The notes beneath the pieces were generated by a model. That model made no database searches. It was not told the DNA's origin and saw only the letters and a program-made list of their open reading frames with translations. From a virus (Duplodnaviria; Caudoviricetes), in the IMG/VR virus record IMGVR_UViG_3300048576_000580, positions 1 to 29,134 of that record: DNA of 29,134 nucleotides; one strand, 5' to 3'. Made by a program: the position numbers and the translations under genes. Positions 26,665-29,134 of the stretch are shown piece by piece. Each line of letters starts with the position of its first letter. Position 1 is the first letter of the stretch.

Positions 26665-27165
26665 TCATTTTGGCTTTGTAACATGTTTCAGAATTCTGAA
26701 TTGAGACCTTTCAGCATTTGGGTCATCTGATATTTTGTAATATACTAATCCAGCAATATTTATTGTTTTTTTGTCTTGTGAAACCTCAACTGATACAGTA
26801 TCAGATTCTATAACTTTAATTTTTTTTCTTATTAATTTTCCGCTAGATGAGCACCAAGAATTATAATCAGCATCTCCTCCGAATGTAACTTTTTGATTAA
26901 TATACTCACTCGTTTCTTCGACTTCAAAAATAATACACTTTGAATCAATCTTATATTTGCCCATTATAGAACTGAAGCAAGAATTATAGTTAAATTCACC
27001 AAAATCAAAAATAAACGTCCCATCAGAATAAAAGCGGTAAACATCTTTCATTCCTGCTGCAATCAATGTGTCCATAGATTGCCAAGTCCCCTCGAATGGT
27101 GACTTCTGGGGATACAGTATACTAGAAGAAACTATGATAATGAATACAATAAATCTAATAGCCAT
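26665..27165 (-). CDS. Exported protein, probable immunity protein of the RHS toxin
   Basis: Signal peptide; GTW...YRFYSDGTF beta-barrel pattern; starts 2 bp after the toxin stop. Confidence 0.7.
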   Translation of the reverse strand: MAIRFIVFIIIVSSSILYPQKSPFEGTWQSMDTLIAAGMKDVYRFYSDGTFIFDFGEFNYNSCFSSIMGKYKIDSKCIIFEVEETSEYINQKVTFGGDADYNSWCSSSGKLIRKKIKVIESDTVSVEVSQDKKTINIAGLVYYKISDDPNAERSQFRILKHVTKPK

Positions 27166-27166
27166 T

Positions 27167-28095
27167 TCATCTCCTTAAAATATAATACTGAATTTGAGCT
27201 TTAGAACTATAAACACCTTTACCCCTAGGACCATGTAAATTCATAAAACCGTTGTGGGCACCAATATTTGCAACCTCTCCTTTAGCAATATTTTGGCCTA
27301 CTGAAAAGGTACCAACATGGCCATGTCCATTTTTATTATAGTAGGAATGAATAGACAAACCACCATTCTCCGCATAAGCTTTGGCAGTAGAATAATCAAC
27401 CTCTGAATAGGCCTGAGATTTACTAAATTTATTTTGCATCTCATTTGCCATCCCTGTAATTAATACTCCAGTGAATAAATGCGTTGATTCCACTGTTTTC
27501 ATTATATTCTGAGTCGCAAAATTACAATATGTAATTCCATTATTAGGAACGAGAGCCGGATTGGAAGCATTTAGATTTTGAGCTTCTTGAACCACAGTAG
27601 TTAAATTAATATTTGCACTTCCCTCCAAAGTAGGGTCAAATCCTACAAATTCAAAATGCTTTGCAGTACCCTTACCAGTTTCAACAAATCTTGCATCGGA
27701 ACCATCATTTATTATTTTTTCGTTTCCGTCTTTATCTACAAAACTTGTCGTTGCCATTCCATCCGGATCAACCAAACCCAACGGGTTATTCATGCAATAG
27801 TTGTATGGAGACCAGCCCCGCCATAGGCGGGTAAACTTACTATTTAGCTGATAGTGGATCAACGGACAGCCACTCCCGAAGGGACAGGCTTCCTATTTCA
27901 CTATCATAATACCTTGCGCCTGGCGTAAGCCATCCGATTCAGGAGAAATAATCCAGTCCGCTTTCCTTGTCACGTTCCTTGCCTGTAAATTTGTATTTAT
28001 CATTCACTCCACCATTTACACTTGTCCCTTTGGGATAGCTCCTAATCTCCTCACCGAAAGGATTGTAATCCTGTGCAGAAAGGATGTTGTTCCTA
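27167..28095 (-). pseudogene. rhs: Orphan RHS core plus C-terminal toxin (Cys-His amidase-like), core disrupted
   Basis: QDYNPFG...YKFTGKERDKESGLDYF/GARYYDSEIG/WLSVDPL/GWSPYNYCMNNPLGLVDPDG interrupted by three insertions; toxin has TYCN and HGHVG. Confidence 0.88.
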
Positions 28096-28248
28096 GCTCT
28101 TAAAGTCATATGAATGCAGCCGGAATAAATAAACAAATGTTTGTGTAAATTACCTGATTTTTGATTACAAGTTAGGTTTTATATATTAAATTGTCAAATA
28201 AATAGTCTGAACCTTGATTCGGTTCTCCTGCCAAAGGCTGGCTTTTGT

Positions 28249-28399
28249 AAATCCTGAAAGGATGGCATAATAGTAGAAAAACAGATTGCAGCATTTTCAA
28301 AATCCCGAAGGAATGACATTATAGTTATAGTGTCATCCGAAATCGGATTTTTAGTTATACTATAATAATTATCTACTATAGTTACACCCCTTCAGGGTT
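28249..28399. repeat. REP-like short palindromes
   Basis: ATCCTGAAAGGGATGGCATAATAG, ATCCCGAAGGAATGACATTATAG and an inverted relative GTTACACCCCTTCAGGGTT. Confidence 0.55.
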
Positions 28400-28418
28400 A
28401 ATTTCCCACCGCCCTAAA

Positions 28419-28760
28419 GCAAATTAGTGTAAATTGCCACGGTGCTTTAGCCCGTGGATAACAGAGCTAAGATACGCACGGTCGGGCTTTAGCCATTTTT
28501 TAATCAAGGTAATCCCCCAATCAGGTAAATCATGGTTCAGACAATAATTCTTTTCAATGGCTAAAGCCTGAGGGGGTTGGGGTGGTTCCATTTCCCACCG
28601 CTCTAAAGAACGGTGCTAATTAACCCAATATTAACGCAAATTAGTGTAAATTGCCACGGTGCATCAGCCCGTGGATAACAGAGTACCAACAAACACGGGC
28701 AGGCATTAGCCATTTTTTAATCAAGGTAATACTTTTACGAAACCACATAGTTCAGACAAT
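28419..28760 (+). repeat. Two about 125-bp direct repeats containing REP-like palindromes
   Basis: 28419-28545 and 28636-28760 share GCAAATTAGTGTAAATTGCCACGGTGC..AGCCCGTGGATAACAGAG, TTAGCCATTTTTTAATCAAGGTAAT and GTTCAGACAAT. Confidence 0.88.
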
Positions 28761-28792
28761 TTTCATTATTGTTCGATTATTTGCAAGGCTTT

Positions 28793-28829
28793 AAAACAAA
28801 AAAGCCTCTAATTCTTGCGAAAAAGAGGC
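28793..28829 (-). terminator. Intrinsic terminator after the tRNA fragment
   Basis: GCCTCT...AGAGGC followed by TTTTTTGTTTT on the minus strand. Confidence 0.75.
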
Positions 28830-28836
28830 ATTTAGA

Positions 28837-28882
28837 GAGCTGGAAATGGGACTTCCCGACCCGTCGGGACGACCTGCTGATT
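28837..28882 (-). pseudogene. 3' half of a tRNA (probably Thr-UGU) with altered T arm
   Basis: AATCAGCAGGTCGT[CCCGACGGGTCGGG]AAGTCCCATTTCCAGCTC; anticodon and 5' half absent, isotype inferred from the stems. Confidence 0.75.
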
Positions 28883-29134
28883 TCATTTCTTTTGTAATTT
28901 TACTAAATACTCTATTGCTTTCCTGGAGTTCTTTAAACTCTTAAGATAGCTCTCGAGCTTGACTGCTGCACTCCTTGATTCGACTTGTAAAAATACAATG
29001 ATTTCCCATGGACCTTTATTCTTTGTGCTGGTTACTAAGCCTGAGTTATGACTCTCTAACCTCTTTTCAAGATTTTCAGTCTGGCCTATATAATGCCTGC
29101 CTTCTCTGTTTTGCAATATATAAACAAAATTCAT
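28883..29134 (-). CDS. Small GIY-YIG nuclease (UPF0213/SLX1-like)
   Basis: FVYILQ...HYIGQTENLEKRLESHNSG...TK.KGPW...SRSAA.KLE.YLK. Confidence 0.92.
   Translation of the reverse strand: MNFVYILQNREGRHYIGQTENLEKRLESHNSGLVTSTKNKGPWEIIVFLQVESRSAAVKLESYLKSLKNSRKAIEYLVKLQKK

Noticed and set aside
27832-27862. ORF-track start of the 231-aa RHS ORF and end of the 65-aa ORF at 27939
   Set aside because: Both boundaries are created by the insertions; they are fragments of one RHS gene
28419-28760. CRISPR array
   Set aside because: Only two long degenerate repeats, no regular repeat-spacer pattern and no cas genes
28837-28882. Functional tRNA, or attR of the prophage
   Set aside because: No 5' half or anticodon, and the T arm is disrupted; the prophage is transposase-based and ends 2.2 kb earlier

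Overview
Positions 1 to about 26,619 hold a compact Mu-like transposable prophage whose left end lies outside the window. It has an XRE repressor with a divergent Cro/Ner switch, a DDE transposase, GemA- and Gam-like early genes, a minus-strand head/packaging module, and a plus-strand protease-capsid-lysis-tail module ending in a tape measure gene and tandem right-end repeats. No intact MuB ATPase, Mor/C activator, tail sheath or invertase is visible. The gene in the small-terminase position carries a paralogue of the transposase's own end-binding domain, and an exact 21-bp copy of the right-end motif sits in a structured non-coding region near the genome centre. Host DNA follows from about 26,620: an orphan RHS toxin/immunity pair whose conserved core is broken by three short hairpin insertions, nested REP-like repeats, and a GIY-YIG gene abutting a tRNA-Thr 3' half that also carries a hairpin. 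All family calls come from motif recognition by eye; no searches were run.
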